Source: an uncultured bacterium | GTDB lineage: Bacteria > Patescibacteriota > Minisyncoccia > Phycocordibacterales > GCA-2401445 | Direction: 5' to 3' | Length of the DNA stretch: 64,000 bases | Assembly (NCBI GenBank): GCA_937952265.1 | Contig: CALFYW010000016.1 | Location: 13,086 to 77,085, forward strand | In this document: positions 46,117-57,155 of the stretch, piece after piece | Layout: each line of letters starts with the position of its first letter | Numbering within the stretch: position 1 is the first letter of the stretch | Position numbers and translations under genes: made by a program | Notes under the pieces: model-generated | What the model saw: the letters and a program-made list of their open reading frames with translations, nothing else | The model's database searches: none | What the model was told of the DNA's origin: nothing

Positions 46117-46539
46117 ATGAAAGTGATTTATCTTGATTTCTTTGGAGTGCTCTTTGAACCGAGAGAAAAAAACTTTGACCAAAGCAATGCGGGGACAAAC
46201 CTGAATCATCCACTATTGGAATTTATCGAGCAGGCACTCAAACCTAAATACACGATTGGTATCTTAAGCAACGTGTCACGCGACATGCTTCATCGGACTC
46301 TTCAAGAGAGACTCTCTTTATTTGATCTTTTGGTAACTTCCTTTGAAACCGGATTCATTAAACCTGAAAAAGAAATTTTTAATCTAGCAATCGAGAAAGC
46401 GGGGGTTGTTCCACAAGAAATACTCTTTATTGATGACCTAGACACCAACATTAGATCCGCAAAAAATTTGAATATCATGACGCTCCTCTATACTGATTTT
46501 CCTAGTTTTACACAGGAAATTAAAATCTATCTTAAATAG
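46117..46539 (+). CDS. HAD-superfamily hydrolase (motif I atypical)
   Basis: Motif I LDFFGVL, motif II ILSN, motif IV FIDDLDTN. Confidence 0.5.
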   Translation: MKVIYLDFFGVLFEPREKNFDQSNAGTNLNHPLLEFIEQALKPKYTIGILSNVSRDMLHRTLQERLSLFDLLVTSFETGFIKPEKEIFNLAIEKAGVVPQEILFIDDLDTNIRSAKNLNIMTLLYTDFPSFTQEIKIYLK

Positions 46540-46548
46540 GAGTGATTG

Positions 46549-47514
46549 CTACCGATTTCGCAAAGCACTCGTGAGCACATGGTCAAAGAAATGTGATAGC
46601 GTTGAACCAACCGCGTGTATTGACTTCGGGAGAAGCGACTCTGTGGTTAAGCCCGGAAGTGTGTTGATCTCTAAAATATAAATATTTCCACGGGGAGTAA
46701 TGATAAAATCGCTTCGAGAATAGTGACGCGCACCAATTGCTCGATGGGCGGCCACGGCTAAATCCTGAATGGTTTCTCGTTCATACGAAGAAAGCCGAGC
46801 CGGACATATCTCATGAGATTCTCCACTATACTTTGCATGATAGTCAAAAAAATCACAGGTTCCTGGTGGCACAATCTCAACGGGAAAGAGGGGGTAAATC
46901 GAAGACCCACGAAAATTCTCAACCACACCACAGGTTACCTCCTTACCAGAGACAAACTCTTCAATCATAACTTCCGGAGCGCGAAAGAGAACGTCCCGTA
47001 TTCCTTTCTCTAAAGAAGCAAAATCACGAGCAATCGTAATACCTACTGAAGAACCGAGCTTCGTAGGTTTTATCACCGCAGGCATTGAAAAGGTGCGGAA
47101 TACTTCAAATATTTGATCGCCCACCTTTCTCTCGAGTGAGATAATACGATGTCGTGGTGTAAGTATTCCGGCCCGCAGAAATGCCTCCTTGGAAAGAACC
47201 TTATGTATACCAATTGCTGAAGCAACCCTGCGTGATCCTGTGTATGGAACTGAAAATGATTCAAGCAGTTTTTGCACCGTACCATCCTCGCCGTATTCAC
47301 CATGAAGCGCATTAAAGACCACATCATGCTGATTTAAAATATGATGAGGTTGAGATGCAACCCCACCTAGGTGCCATACTCCCTTTCGATCAATTAAAAT
47401 ATCGCTTCCTTTGTATTGAGGTGGAAGTGATTTAAGTACCGTGCCCCCACTCTTAAGAGAGACCTCGTACTCACTTGAAGGGCCACCGCGCAATACCGCA
47501 ACTCGAACTGACAT
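46549..47514 (-). CDS. ddl: D-alanine--D-alanine ligase
   Basis: VAVLRGGPSSEYEVSL N-terminus and ATP-grasp C-terminus. Start set at MSVRVA. Confidence 0.85.
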   Translation of the reverse strand: MSVRVAVLRGGPSSEYEVSLKSGGTVLKSLPPQYKGSDILIDRKGVWHLGGVASQPHHILNQHDVVFNALHGEYGEDGTVQKLLESFSVPYTGSRRVASAIGIHKVLSKEAFLRAGILTPRHRIISLERKVGDQIFEVFRTFSMPAVIKPTKLGSSVGITIARDFASLEKGIRDVLFRAPEVMIEEFVSGKEVTCGVVENFRGSSIYPLFPVEIVPPGTCDFFDYHAKYSGESHEICPARLSSYERETIQDLAVAAHRAIGARHYSRSDFIITPRGNIYILEINTLPGLTTESLLPKSIHAVGSTLSHFFDHVLTSALRNR

Positions 47515-47676
47515 ATCTATTAGTATACAACGGAGCATCACACATACCAACGATATGATTATGAAAAGAAAAAGCCGTTCAACCTCTTTCCTTGCCCTGC
47601 CTGAGCGGAAAGATGTGGTGGTTGAACGGCTACTATGCGCTTAAGGCACTCATTACTTAAGCACAATGCTATCTTA

Positions 47677-48948
47677 CTACAAAACCCGCTTTTTTTGCAA
47701 ATGTCTCTGTTGCCGATTCCGATGCGCCCTCAATGCAAACCGGTGTGCTTCATGGTTTACTAAAAGAAATGCATCTTCATTTTTTTTAATTAATCTCGGG
47801 TTTCCATGTATTTTTTGCGCGCGATGCGCACTATCTTTAGAGACTGAAACTACCGGAATAGAGAGGTCTAGCATTTCGCGCACCATACGTTCTCCCGTTT
47901 GTTGGTGCACACTACCCCCATCGAGCACGATAATATCAGGAAGTCCCCACTCTTCATGTGCAAGCCTTCGGGTGAGCAACTCTCGAAGCGCTCCAATATC
48001 ATCATTGGTGACTGTTTGTATGTTAAATGTCCGATACGCTTTCCTGTCCATAATCCCACCAATCATGGCGACCATCACCCCAACGGTATGAGTACCCGCG
48101 GTGTGTGCCACATCATACCCTTCAATACGAGGAGTAGACCCTCCTGATTGAAAAGATTTTTCTTTTCCAATGAGGGAAACATCTTGAATATGCTGTAATG
48201 AAAAAAGAGTTCGTTTTAATTCCCCCGCGTACTCAAATTCCTTTTTTCGTGCGGCAGATTTCATCTCCTTTTTAAGGGTCTGCAATAATACCTTCTGCTT
48301 TCCCTGAAGAAACAATGATAGGCGACCTATATGTTTCTGATAGGCACTACTTGAAATTTCACCCGTACACACACCAGGACAAAGACCAATCTGTCGATTA
48401 AAGCAAGGTTTTCCTTGGCGGGGTTCACACGTATCCCGAAAAGGGAAAATTTTCCTTATGATCTGAAGTGCTTTCTTTAATTCTCCACCTTGAGGAAAGG
48501 GGCCAAACGACTCTTTAATGGGAGCCTCTGAGAAGGTGTGGTCTTCGATCTCCTTCCCACGCACTACCAATACCCGGGGAAACATTTCATCTGTCACTAC
48601 AATGTGATTAAAGCTCTTGTTGTCTTTCTCTTTGGTGTTATAGAGTGGCTGGTGTTGCTTAATTAACAGTGCTTCCACAATCATAGCTTCAAGCACTGAC
48701 CCGGTTTCTTGCCATTCTACGCGGTCTGCTTGAGTAACCATATCAACCAAAAGCATTCCCCGGGAAGAGATGAGGTCCTCTGAAAAGTAACTCCGTACTC
48801 GATCTTTAAGTGAGGTTGCTCTGCCGATATAGAGGATTTCTTTTCCTCGTTTAAACCGATACACACCGGGGGTGTCAGGAATCTTGAATTTTGACAAATC
48901 TTGACGCTTCATAAAACGAATGATATCTCTTTTTTTAAAAGACGCCAA
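47677..48948 (-). CDS. uvrC: Excinuclease ABC subunit C, short form lacking C-terminal (HhH)2
   Basis: GIY-YIG (GVYRF ... ILYIGRATSLKDRVRSYF), UvrBC region, RNase H-like endonuclease domain (IEGYDVAHT). 423 aa. Confidence 0.75.
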   Translation of the reverse strand: MASFKKRDIIRFMKRQDLSKFKIPDTPGVYRFKRGKEILYIGRATSLKDRVRSYFSEDLISSRGMLLVDMVTQADRVEWQETGSVLEAMIVEALLIKQHQPLYNTKEKDNKSFNHIVVTDEMFPRVLVVRGKEIEDHTFSEAPIKESFGPFPQGGELKKALQIIRKIFPFRDTCEPRQGKPCFNRQIGLCPGVCTGEISSSAYQKHIGRLSLFLQGKQKVLLQTLKKEMKSAARKKEFEYAGELKRTLFSLQHIQDVSLIGKEKSFQSGGSTPRIEGYDVAHTAGTHTVGVMVAMIGGIMDRKAYRTFNIQTVTNDDIGALRELLTRRLAHEEWGLPDIIVLDGGSVHQQTGERMVREMLDLSIPVVSVSKDSAHRAQKIHGNPRLIKKNEDAFLLVNHEAHRFALRAHRNRQQRHLQKKRVL

Positions 48949-49042
48949 CTACTTAAAAATCAAAAGGTTATCCACAAACTTCAATAAAAAATTTTGACAG
49001 TATCAATAAAGAGCGTATGGTGAAGATAAGCGGTTCTTTGTT

Positions 49043-49261
49043 ATGAAAACCACCCCTACTCGACCACTCTCTGAGAGTGAGGAGCGGCTTACGAGGAACT
49101 GGGATGCGGCGTCTGAAAAAGCGAGGGTTTTTTCATTTGAACAGCAAAAGAAGTGTCAGCATCAGGGTACCCTAAAGGAGCAGAGTATTGGGACCCAAGC
49201 TTTTCTCCAATGCACTTCTTGCGGATGGAGAAGTGTCCCCCGCCTACACATCCCTACCTGA
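49043..49261 (+). CDS. Small hypothetical protein
   Basis: 72-aa ORF between uvrC and uvrA; contains CTSCG. Confidence 0.25.
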   Translation: MKTTPTRPLSESEERLTRNWDAASEKARVFSFEQQKKCQHQGTLKEQSIGTQAFLQCTSCGWRSVPRLHIPT

Positions 49262-49436
49262 AATGAAAAAGAAAAAGCCAAAATTCTTTGGAGCGCAATT
49301 CATCAAAAGAAAAACGATGAAGATGGTACGGAACAGACCGAATGCCAAACAGGGGAAAATTAGACCTCGTAATCGAGGGCACTAATCCTGGAAATACACG
49401 AACGCTATGCTTCTCATGAAGCATAGCGTTCTCTTT

Positions 49437-52046
49437 TTATCTTTTACGCAGTACCCGTTTTAAATATACTCCGGTGTGCGAATCACTACGTTGGGCAACC
49501 TCTTCAGGTGTCCCTTTCGCAATGATCTTTCCTCCACGCTCTCCCCCTTCGGGCCCAAAGTCAATAATATAATCAGCGCTTTTAATAATTTCCATGTTAT
49601 GCTCGATCACGACAACCGTATTTCCTTTTGCAACCAATCGCTCTAAAATAGTGATCAAACGGGCAACATCATCATAATGAAGACCAACGGTAGGCTCATC
49701 AAGAAGGTATATCGTCTTTGTAACATGCTCGCGATAAAGCTCAGAAGAAATTTTTACTCGTTGCGCTTCACCCCCTGAAAGAGTAGTAGCAGATTGGCCC
49801 AACTCAAGATAATCAAGACCCACATCAGAGAGTGTTTTCAGTCGATCATAAATAGCTGGAATATCTCCAAAAAAACTTAATGCTTCTTCAACGGTCATAC
49901 TCAGCACTTCATAAATATTTTTCTTTTTATAAAGAACCTCTAAGGTCTCTTTCGTAAACCGCTTCCCTCCACATACATCACATGGCACATAGACTGTTGG
50001 CAAAAAATGCATTTCAACCGCAATCTCTCCATGTCCCTGGCACGCCTCGCATCGCCCACCTTTTACATTAAATGAAAACCTGCGCGGTTGCCATCCTCGG
50101 GCGCGCGCTTCTGAGGTAGCGGCAAAAAGATCTCGAATGTGCGTAAATGCTCCTGTGTAGGTTGCGGGATTTGATCGCGAGGTCCTGCCAATAGGAGACT
50201 GATCAATTAAAATAGTACGCCCTAGTGCTTCCGTCCCCGTAATGCTCGCGCAGTTAAATATTTTTCCAGAACGGTACCGACGATCGAGTCGGGAAGAAAG
50301 ATTCTTATGGAGAATCTCATACATAAAAGAAGATTTTCCTGAACCCGATACTCCCGTAATAGCAACAAAACGCCCGAGTGGAACACTTACGGAAAGGTTC
50401 TTAATATTAAAGATCTTTCCGCCGGTAATATGAATATTTCCCATATCTTTCGTTCGGCGCTTTTCTGGAATCGGGATTGAGGTCTCTTCTCGCAAATAAC
50501 TTAACGTACGAGATCCACTCGTATTTTTCTTTGCGGTAAGCAGATCCTCCAAGAATCCCGAAACTACTACCGAACCCCCATGGGTTCCTGCTCCAGGCCC
50601 AATATCGATTAAGTAATCACTCGCATAAATCGTGTCTTCATCATGTTCAACAACGATAATAGTGTTGCCAATATCCCGAAGATCAACAAGCGTCTTAATA
50701 AGGCGCTCATTGTCACGCTGGTGCAGTCCGATAGTAGGTTCATCGAGCACATAGAGCGCGCCAACTAAACCGGATCCGAGCTGAGACGCGAGACGAATAC
50801 GCTGGGCTTCGCCTCCTGAAAGGGTGTGCGCACGGCGATTAAGCGAGAGGTATTCAATACCCACATTTTCCATAAAGGTAAGCCGGGAGGTGATTTCTTT
50901 AATCACTACTTTTGAAATCTCTTTTTCAATATCTGAGAGTTCTAATTTTTTAAAAAATTCATGCGTATCCTGTATCGACCTACTAATTAAATCAGCAATT
51001 GAAACCCCGCCAACAAGCACATGCAGTGCTTCCTCTCGAAGTCGAGCGCCATTACACTTCGGACATACTTCATCACCGAAAAAATGTTGCGTCCCAAGCC
51101 CATTACATTGATCGCAGGCACCATGAGGTGAATTAAAAGAAAAAAGCCGTGGCTCAATTTCAGGGTACGCATACCCATCATACGGACACATAAATTTAAC
51201 CGAGAGCATCCGCTCACCTTCTGGGGACTCTATCCGAATTAAACCGTGTGATTCAGCAAGCGCGTGTTCAATCGCTTCCGAAAGGCGCTCCTGAGCATTC
51301 TTAGGGTCACGAGAAAATTCACTAATATAGATTTCATCAACGAGTACATCAATGTGGTGTTTTTTATGACGAGAAAGAACTACTTTTTCTCGCAACGACT
51401 TCACCTCCCCATCAACTTTTATCTTGCTATACCCTTTTCCTAATAGATCATATAGCAACTGATAATATTCCCCTTTCCGCCCTACCACAACGGGAGCATA
51501 GATACGGAGCATCGCGGTATTGTAGGTAACTCCTTTGACTTTATGAGAATTTTTCTTTGTATCTATAGTGGTAACCGTACGAAGGATCGTTTCAACAATC
51601 TCCTCATGAGAGAGTCTCGCAATAGGCCGATCACAGACCAAACAGTGAGGAGTCCCAATACGAGCATAGAGAATTCGAAGATAGTCATAAATCTCTGTAA
51701 TCGTCGCAACGGTAGAACGCGGATTATTTGATCTCGATTTCTGATCAATGGAGATTGCAGGGGAAAGGCCGATAATTTCATCGACATCAGGTTTCTGCAT
51801 CACTCGCAAAAATTGACGCGCGTATGAAGAGAGCGACTCCACATACCGACGCTGCCCTTCTGCAAAAATCGTATCAAAGGCAAGTGATGATTTTCCAGAA
51901 CCAGATAGCCCCGTAAATACCACCATGGTGTTGCGTGGCATTGATACGGTAACGTTTTTGAGATTATGGGTACGAGCACCCTTAACCACGATCTCTGAGG
52001 CCTCACCGTGAGATACCTTTTTTTTCTTTTGATTTGCTTTCGACAT
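49437..52046 (-). CDS. uvrA: Excinuclease ABC subunit A
   Basis: Two ABC ATPase modules ([18 protein letters not shown]), zinc fingers, LSGGEAQR signatures. Confidence 0.95.
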   Translation of the reverse strand: MSKANQKKKKVSHGEASEIVVKGARTHNLKNVTVSMPRNTMVVFTGLSGSGKSSLAFDTIFAEGQRRYVESLSSYARQFLRVMQKPDVDEIIGLSPAISIDQKSRSNNPRSTVATITEIYDYLRILYARIGTPHCLVCDRPIARLSHEEIVETILRTVTTIDTKKNSHKVKGVTYNTAMLRIYAPVVVGRKGEYYQLLYDLLGKGYSKIKVDGEVKSLREKVVLSRHKKHHIDVLVDEIYISEFSRDPKNAQERLSEAIEHALAESHGLIRIESPEGERMLSVKFMCPYDGYAYPEIEPRLFSFNSPHGACDQCNGLGTQHFFGDEVCPKCNGARLREEALHVLVGGVSIADLISRSIQDTHEFFKKLELSDIEKEISKVVIKEITSRLTFMENVGIEYLSLNRRAHTLSGGEAQRIRLASQLGSGLVGALYVLDEPTIGLHQRDNERLIKTLVDLRDIGNTIIVVEHDEDTIYASDYLIDIGPGAGTHGGSVVVSGFLEDLLTAKKNTSGSRTLSYLREETSIPIPEKRRTKDMGNIHITGGKIFNIKNLSVSVPLGRFVAITGVSGSGKSSFMYEILHKNLSSRLDRRYRSGKIFNCASITGTEALGRTILIDQSPIGRTSRSNPATYTGAFTHIRDLFAATSEARARGWQPRRFSFNVKGGRCEACQGHGEIAVEMHFLPTVYVPCDVCGGKRFTKETLEVLYKKKNIYEVLSMTVEEALSFFGDIPAIYDRLKTLSDVGLDYLELGQSATTLSGGEAQRVKISSELYREHVTKTIYLLDEPTVGLHYDDVARLITILERLVAKGNTVVVIEHNMEIIKSADYIIDFGPEGGERGGKIIAKGTPEEVAQRSDSHTGVYLKRVLRKR

Positions 52047-52131
52047 ACACAGGACAAATCCCCACGCTTATGTGCTTAGGGGGTACAATAGAGCGTTAAG
52101 TATAGCGGAGAATAGCGACTCGTGTCAAAAT

Positions 52132-52563
52132 TTAACCTTTTTTTCTCGTTGCCATAAACTCACGGAGTTTCTGCGTAATCTCTTCTGCAGTGAAATTGGC
52201 TTTTACAAAAAAATCTTTGGCACCGAGATCTTTTGCCTTTTTTACGTCTTCTTCTTGTCCAAGGTTAGATACCATAATGACATCAATGTCTTTGGTAGCC
52301 TCATCTTCTTTAATCTTTTTTAATACCTCAAATCCATTAATGCCTGGAAGGATGATATCAAGGAGGATAATGTCTGGCTTATGTTCTTTTATTTGTGTTA
52401 ACGCGCTTTCTCCATCAATAGCATAGGTAATATGAAATTTCTCCTTACTTAAACGCATTGCAAGGATGTCTCTTAAGAGTTTATCGTCTTCAACCACAAG
52501 TACGCGTAGTTGACTGAAATCTTCTGAGGACTCTGGTGGCATATCTTTTTCTTCAATATTCAT
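52132..52563 (-). CDS. Stand-alone response-regulator receiver (REC) protein
   Basis: VLVVEDD ... D(I)ILLDIILPG ... K; CheY-like. 143 aa. Confidence 0.7.
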   Translation of the reverse strand: MNIEEKDMPPESSEDFSQLRVLVVEDDKLLRDILAMRLSKEKFHITYAIDGESALTQIKEHKPDIILLDIILPGINGFEVLKKIKEDEATKDIDVIMVSNLGQEEDVKKAKDLGAKDFFVKANFTAEEITQKLREFMATRKKG

Positions 52564-52614
52564 TTTATTATGATACCCCGAGAAGGTAAAAAGTAAATAA
52601 TGCCTGTGGAAAAC

Positions 52615-54672
52615 CTAGCTATTTTTCTGTTTAGATTTTTTACTCTTCTGCTTCTGAGAGATTTTTTTCTCAAGAAGCTCGATCTCATCACGAATAAGTG
52701 CCGCGGTTTCAAAATCCAGTATTTTGACCGCATCGTTCATGAGATTTTTCTTTTCTTTCAAAAATGCCTTTGGATTTTTTTCAAAACGCTTTTGATCGAG
52801 TTCCACCACCGTATTAAGCGCTAAGATGCGATCGCTTTGAATTTGATCTCGGATATCACTGATTTTCTTATGAATGGTTTGAGGAGTAATATGATGCTTT
52901 TTATTATACGCAATTTGAATACTACGACGTCGTTCGGTCTCTTCGAGTGCCCGCTTAATTGAGCCTGTGCTCGTATCCGCATATAAAATGACGCGGCCCA
53001 GCGCATTACGTGCCGCGCGCCCTATAATCTGAATGAGTGATGTCTCGCTTCGAAGAAACCCTTCTTTATCTGCATCAAGAATTCCAATAAGTTCAACCTC
53101 GGGGAGGTCAAGCCCTTCTCGTAATAAATTAACGCCAACCAAAAAATCAAACTCCCCTTTTCGAAAATCGGTTAAGATTTCAACTCGCTCAATGGTTTTA
53201 ATATCACTATGAAGATACACGGCTTTAATGTCACGTTCTTTTAGAAAATCTGTGAGATCTTCTGCCATGCGCTTGGTAAGTGTAGTGGCAATAACTCGCC
53301 CCCCGCGTAAAATAACCTTCTCAGCTTCTTCAATAAGGTCACGGATTTGCCCTTGATACTTTTCTCGTTCCTGAATAGGTCGTACCTCTACAACAGGATC
53401 TACCAAACCAGTAGGCCGAATCACTTGTTCTACAATACGCGTGCTGACTTCGCGTTCATAGTTTCCGGGTGTCGCAGAAGTATATATACGCATTCCAACG
53501 TGCATATCAAATTCATCAAATGTTAATGGTCGGTTGTCTTTCGCCGAAGGAAGACGAAATCCGTGCTCGACCAAAGTCTCTTTCCTTGACCGATCACCGG
53601 CATACATGCCACCCAACTGCGGAATCGTAACGTGCGATTCATCAACCACGGTGAGGAAATCAGGGGTGCCATCATTGCAGTGAGGAAAATACGAAAGCAG
53701 TGTATCAGGAGGCTCTCCTTGGGATTTTCCTGAAAAATGACGGGAGTAATTTTCAATACCATTGCAATACCCAATCTCTTTGATCAACGCGAGATCATAA
53801 TTAGTCCGCCGTTTGAGACGTTCCGCCTCAAGCAATTTCCCTTCTCGTCCAAATTTCTTTAACTGGACCTCAAGCTCGGTACGAATATCTTTAATTGCCC
53901 GAAGTCGCTCGTCTTGAGGGGTAACAAAATGCTTTGCCGGAAATATAAAAAAACTCTCGAGGGTGCCGAGGAGGCTTCGAGATACTGGGTCAATACGAGT
54001 AATATGCTCAATCCGCTCACCAGAAAACTCAATCCGATAAATCACCCGCTCATTAACCGGCATTACTTCAATCGCATTCCCCAGAGCGCGGAAGTTTCCC
54101 GGCTCCAGGTCAGCGTTGGTGCGATCATAATAGATACTCACGAGCCTCCGAATAAAATCTGAACGGGACTCTTGATTACCCACCGTTACCTCAAAATGCA
54201 CTTTTCGGTATTCTTCAGGGCTACCCAACCCATAAATACACGAAACCGAAGCAACAATAATAACATCCCGTCGAGTGAGTAATGACTGTGTGGATGCGTG
54301 GCGGAGTCGATCGATTTCTTCATTAATTTGAGCTTCCTTTTCAATATATGTATCAGTTGTCGGAAGGTACGCCTCTGGCTGATAGTAGTCATAGTATGAG
54401 ACAAAGTAATGAACCGCATTGTGCGGAAAAAACTCACGATATTCTTGTGCGAGTTGCGCGGCAAGGGTCTTATTATGCGCAATAACCAGTGTTGGTTTCT
54501 GAATTTGAGCAATAACATTCGCAACGGTAAACGTTTTCCCTGATCCGGTAACCCCAAGGAGGGTTTGGTGTTTTTCTTTTGCTTGAATGCCTGAAACCAA
54601 GCCTTTAATTGCTTTTGGCTGATCCCCAGCTGGAGAAAAATCGGTTACCAATTTAAACTTTTTATCTGACAT
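52615..54672 (-). CDS. uvrB: Excinuclease ABC subunit B
   Basis: FKLVTDFSPAGDQP N-terminus, helicase motifs GVTGSGKT and DESH, C-terminal UvrB-UvrC interaction region. Start set at MSDKKF. Confidence 0.92.
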   Translation of the reverse strand: MSDKKFKLVTDFSPAGDQPKAIKGLVSGIQAKEKHQTLLGVTGSGKTFTVANVIAQIQKPTLVIAHNKTLAAQLAQEYREFFPHNAVHYFVSYYDYYQPEAYLPTTDTYIEKEAQINEEIDRLRHASTQSLLTRRDVIIVASVSCIYGLGSPEEYRKVHFEVTVGNQESRSDFIRRLVSIYYDRTNADLEPGNFRALGNAIEVMPVNERVIYRIEFSGERIEHITRIDPVSRSLLGTLESFFIFPAKHFVTPQDERLRAIKDIRTELEVQLKKFGREGKLLEAERLKRRTNYDLALIKEIGYCNGIENYSRHFSGKSQGEPPDTLLSYFPHCNDGTPDFLTVVDESHVTIPQLGGMYAGDRSRKETLVEHGFRLPSAKDNRPLTFDEFDMHVGMRIYTSATPGNYEREVSTRIVEQVIRPTGLVDPVVEVRPIQEREKYQGQIRDLIEEAEKVILRGGRVIATTLTKRMAEDLTDFLKERDIKAVYLHSDIKTIERVEILTDFRKGEFDFLVGVNLLREGLDLPEVELIGILDADKEGFLRSETSLIQIIGRAARNALGRVILYADTSTGSIKRALEETERRRSIQIAYNKKHHITPQTIHKKISDIRDQIQSDRILALNTVVELDQKRFEKNPKAFLKEKKNLMNDAVKILDFETAALIRDEIELLEKKISQKQKSKKSKQKNS

Positions 54673-54709
54673 CACCATCATCATAGGCGATGTAGGAGCG
54701 ATAAACAAG

Positions 54710-55894
54710 CTATTCTCGATAAAAGCGAGAAAGAAACGTATTACGAAACGAATCAAATCTCTCTTCAAGAATTGATGTGCGCATCTCTCTCACTAAAGAA
54801 ATGAGGAAATGCAAATTATGTACCGATGCTAACGTGTATGCAAGGAGTTCCCGTGATCGAAAAAGATGTGCGAGATAGGCACGCGTGGAAGTTCTACAGG
54901 TGGTACAGGTGCATGAAGCATCAATAGGTGAAAAATCATGTAGGAAACGACTGTTCAGAATATTTATTTTCCCATCATAGGTATAAAGCGTTCCATTCCG
55001 CCCAATGCGCGTAGGCGCCACACAGTCAAACAAATCAATTCCGTGTTCCACACCAAGAAATAAATCTCGGGGCTCTCCAATTCCGAGTAAATGCCGAGGT
55101 TGATCTGAAGGAAGCTCTTGGGTTACCCATGCCACGGCAGTATGCATGTCTTCTTTTTCAAACGAACCGCCAATACCAAAACCATCAAATCCCATCTCCC
55201 GTATCGCGCGCGCACTTTCTTTTCGCAAATCAGGAAATCTGCCTCCTTGAATAACTCCAAACATATCCTGCCCGGGGCGCGCATACGCGCGATGATACAC
55301 AAGCGATCGCTCTGCCCATCGATGGGTACGCTCCATTGCCTCCCGCTGATATGCGTATGGCGCTTCAGGAGAGGTACACTCATCAAATGCAAAAATCATA
55401 TCCGCGCCAATATGGTGTTCAATACCGACTGCCCGTTCAGGAGTAAAGCGATGGGAGCTTCCGTCACGGTGAGAACGAAAGGTGACTCCTTCTTCATCAA
55501 TGGCTACCAACTGTGGCTTCTCATGTCCCACTGAGGAATGCGGGGTTTCCTTTACCGACTCTATTTTGCCAATACGCTTTCCATAGGCGGCGCCAAGGGA
55601 GAATACCTGAAACCCTCCCGAATCTGACATGGTGGGACCATCCCAACCCATGAACTTTCCAACACCGCCTGCGTCACGAACGAGTGTATCACCTGGTTCA
55701 AGATAGAGATGATAGGTATTTACCAAAACCACCTGGGCATGCATTTGATGGAGCATGAGCGGGGTTACCCCCTTTACTGTTGCTTTAGTACCCACCACCA
55801 CAAACGAGGGTGTGTGGATAACACCCGACCGCGTAGAAAGAATCCCCGCGCGCCCGAGCTTGTGAGTAAGCTTCTTTTCCTCAACAAATTTCAT
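54710..55894 (-). CDS. tgt: Queuine tRNA-ribosyltransferase
   Basis: TIM-barrel TGT motifs (HTPSFV, VNTYHL, DSGGFQ); zinc site CxCxxC ... H. Confidence 0.88.
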   Translation of the reverse strand: MKFVEEKKLTHKLGRAGILSTRSGVIHTPSFVVVGTKATVKGVTPLMLHQMHAQVVLVNTYHLYLEPGDTLVRDAGGVGKFMGWDGPTMSDSGGFQVFSLGAAYGKRIGKIESVKETPHSSVGHEKPQLVAIDEEGVTFRSHRDGSSHRFTPERAVGIEHHIGADMIFAFDECTSPEAPYAYQREAMERTHRWAERSLVYHRAYARPGQDMFGVIQGGRFPDLRKESARAIREMGFDGFGIGGSFEKEDMHTAVAWVTQELPSDQPRHLLGIGEPRDLFLGVEHGIDLFDCVAPTRIGRNGTLYTYDGKINILNSRFLHDFSPIDASCTCTTCRTSTRAYLAHLFRSRELLAYTLASVHNLHFLISLVREMRTSILEERFDSFRNTFLSRFYRE

Positions 55895-55969
55895 GCCTCA
55901 ACTATACCCAACAAAAAGAAAAACGCCACCGCATCTCGTGCGTGAGAAATCAAAAACGTATGAGTAACG

Positions 55970-56152
55970 TTAGAGCACGCCACCTAAAAGCGAGTTAACG
56001 AGCGGTCCACCCAGAAAAAAAGTTACCGCAAATACCGCAACTGCCACCGCAATAGACTGATGTTTATTTAAACGACGCATAATAACAACGTTAATAGTGT
56101 ACCATACCCGTTTCAAAACGAACCATCTTCTTGTACACAGCTTTGCAGACAC
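55970..56152 (-). CDS. Tiny membrane protein (doubtful)
   Basis: 60-aa ORF with one TM helix. Confidence 0.2.
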   Translation of the reverse strand: MSAKLCTRRWFVLKRVWYTINVVIMRRLNKHQSIAVAVAVFAVTFFLGGPLVNSLLGGVL

Positions 56153-56177
56153 GCCTTAATTTCCGTACAATACGAAC

Positions 56178-56891
56178 ATGCCTGAAAAAATATGTGAGGA
56201 AAAATACAACGTTCCCGCACACGAACTACCCGTTAAGCCCCTTACCATCGAAGAGCTGGAGAAAAGTTCTTCTGAACGAGTCTCTCTTATTGCTGATGAA
56301 TTTAAGAGAGGATTTGAATTCATTAAAAAATACCCTCGATCAGTAACCTTTTTTGGATCATCCCGCTTCAATGAAGAAAATCCTTTTTACCAGGACGCGC
56401 GCGCGTTGAGTAAACTCATTGTTACCTCCCTCAACTATGCCATTGTGACTGGCGGGGGCCCGGGAATCATGGAAGCGGCAAATCGCGGGGCTATGGACGC
56501 AGATGGCCACTCAGTGGGTCTTTCAATTAAGCTCCCGCGGGAACAGAGAACAAACGCTTACTTAAGTGATTTCATCGACTTCTATTATTTTTTCAGCAGA
56601 AAAGTGACTCTTTCATTTTCCGCTGAGGCATACATCTTCTATCCTGGAGGTGTTGGGACACTTGATGAGTTTTTTGAAATATTCACACTCGTACAAACGC
56701 ATAAAATTGCATGCTGCGTACCAATGATCCTTGTTGGAGAAGCCTTTTGGAAACCGCTCGACACTTTTATCCGAGAAACACTCTACGAAAAGATGCATAC
56801 GATCAGTAAAGAGGATCCTGACTACTATCTTATTACGGATGATCACAAAAAGATTGTTGAAACCATCAGAAAAGCGCCACTTCGAATATAG
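56178..56891 (+). CDS. LOG-family (TIGR00730) nucleotide-binding protein
   Basis: GGGPGIMEA and PGGVGTLDEFFE motifs. Confidence 0.8.
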   Translation: MPEKICEEKYNVPAHELPVKPLTIEELEKSSSERVSLIADEFKRGFEFIKKYPRSVTFFGSSRFNEENPFYQDARALSKLIVTSLNYAIVTGGGPGIMEAANRGAMDADGHSVGLSIKLPREQRTNAYLSDFIDFYYFFSRKVTLSFSAEAYIFYPGGVGTLDEFFEIFTLVQTHKIACCVPMILVGEAFWKPLDTFIRETLYEKMHTISKEDPDYYLITDDHKKIVETIRKAPLRI

Positions 56892-56932
56892 AAAAGCCTT
56901 ATCCCGGGGACCCGGAATAAGGCTTAACTCTC

Positions 56933-57088
56933 TCAGTAACAGTAATAAACGGGATAGTGGTAGTACGTTGGGACGACCAGCCGTGGCGGACACCATTCGC
57001 CATAGCTCACATAACGAACGGCGCACCCGTTTAGCAGAAACAAAACTGACCCGAGAAAGATCATTCGAAGCGTCTTTTTTAGATTCAT
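56933..57088 (-). CDS. Small lipoprotein
   Basis: MNLKKTLRMIFLGSVLFLLNGC lipobox signal peptide. Confidence 0.4.
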   Translation of the reverse strand: MNLKKTLRMIFLGSVLFLLNGCAVRYVSYGEWCPPRLVVPTYYHYPVYYCY

Positions 57089-57155
57089 AATATCTCCTCC
57101 AATCTGGAGAGATGAAAGCATGCTAACGGGTATAAGTCAATAGCACGCAACGTAA

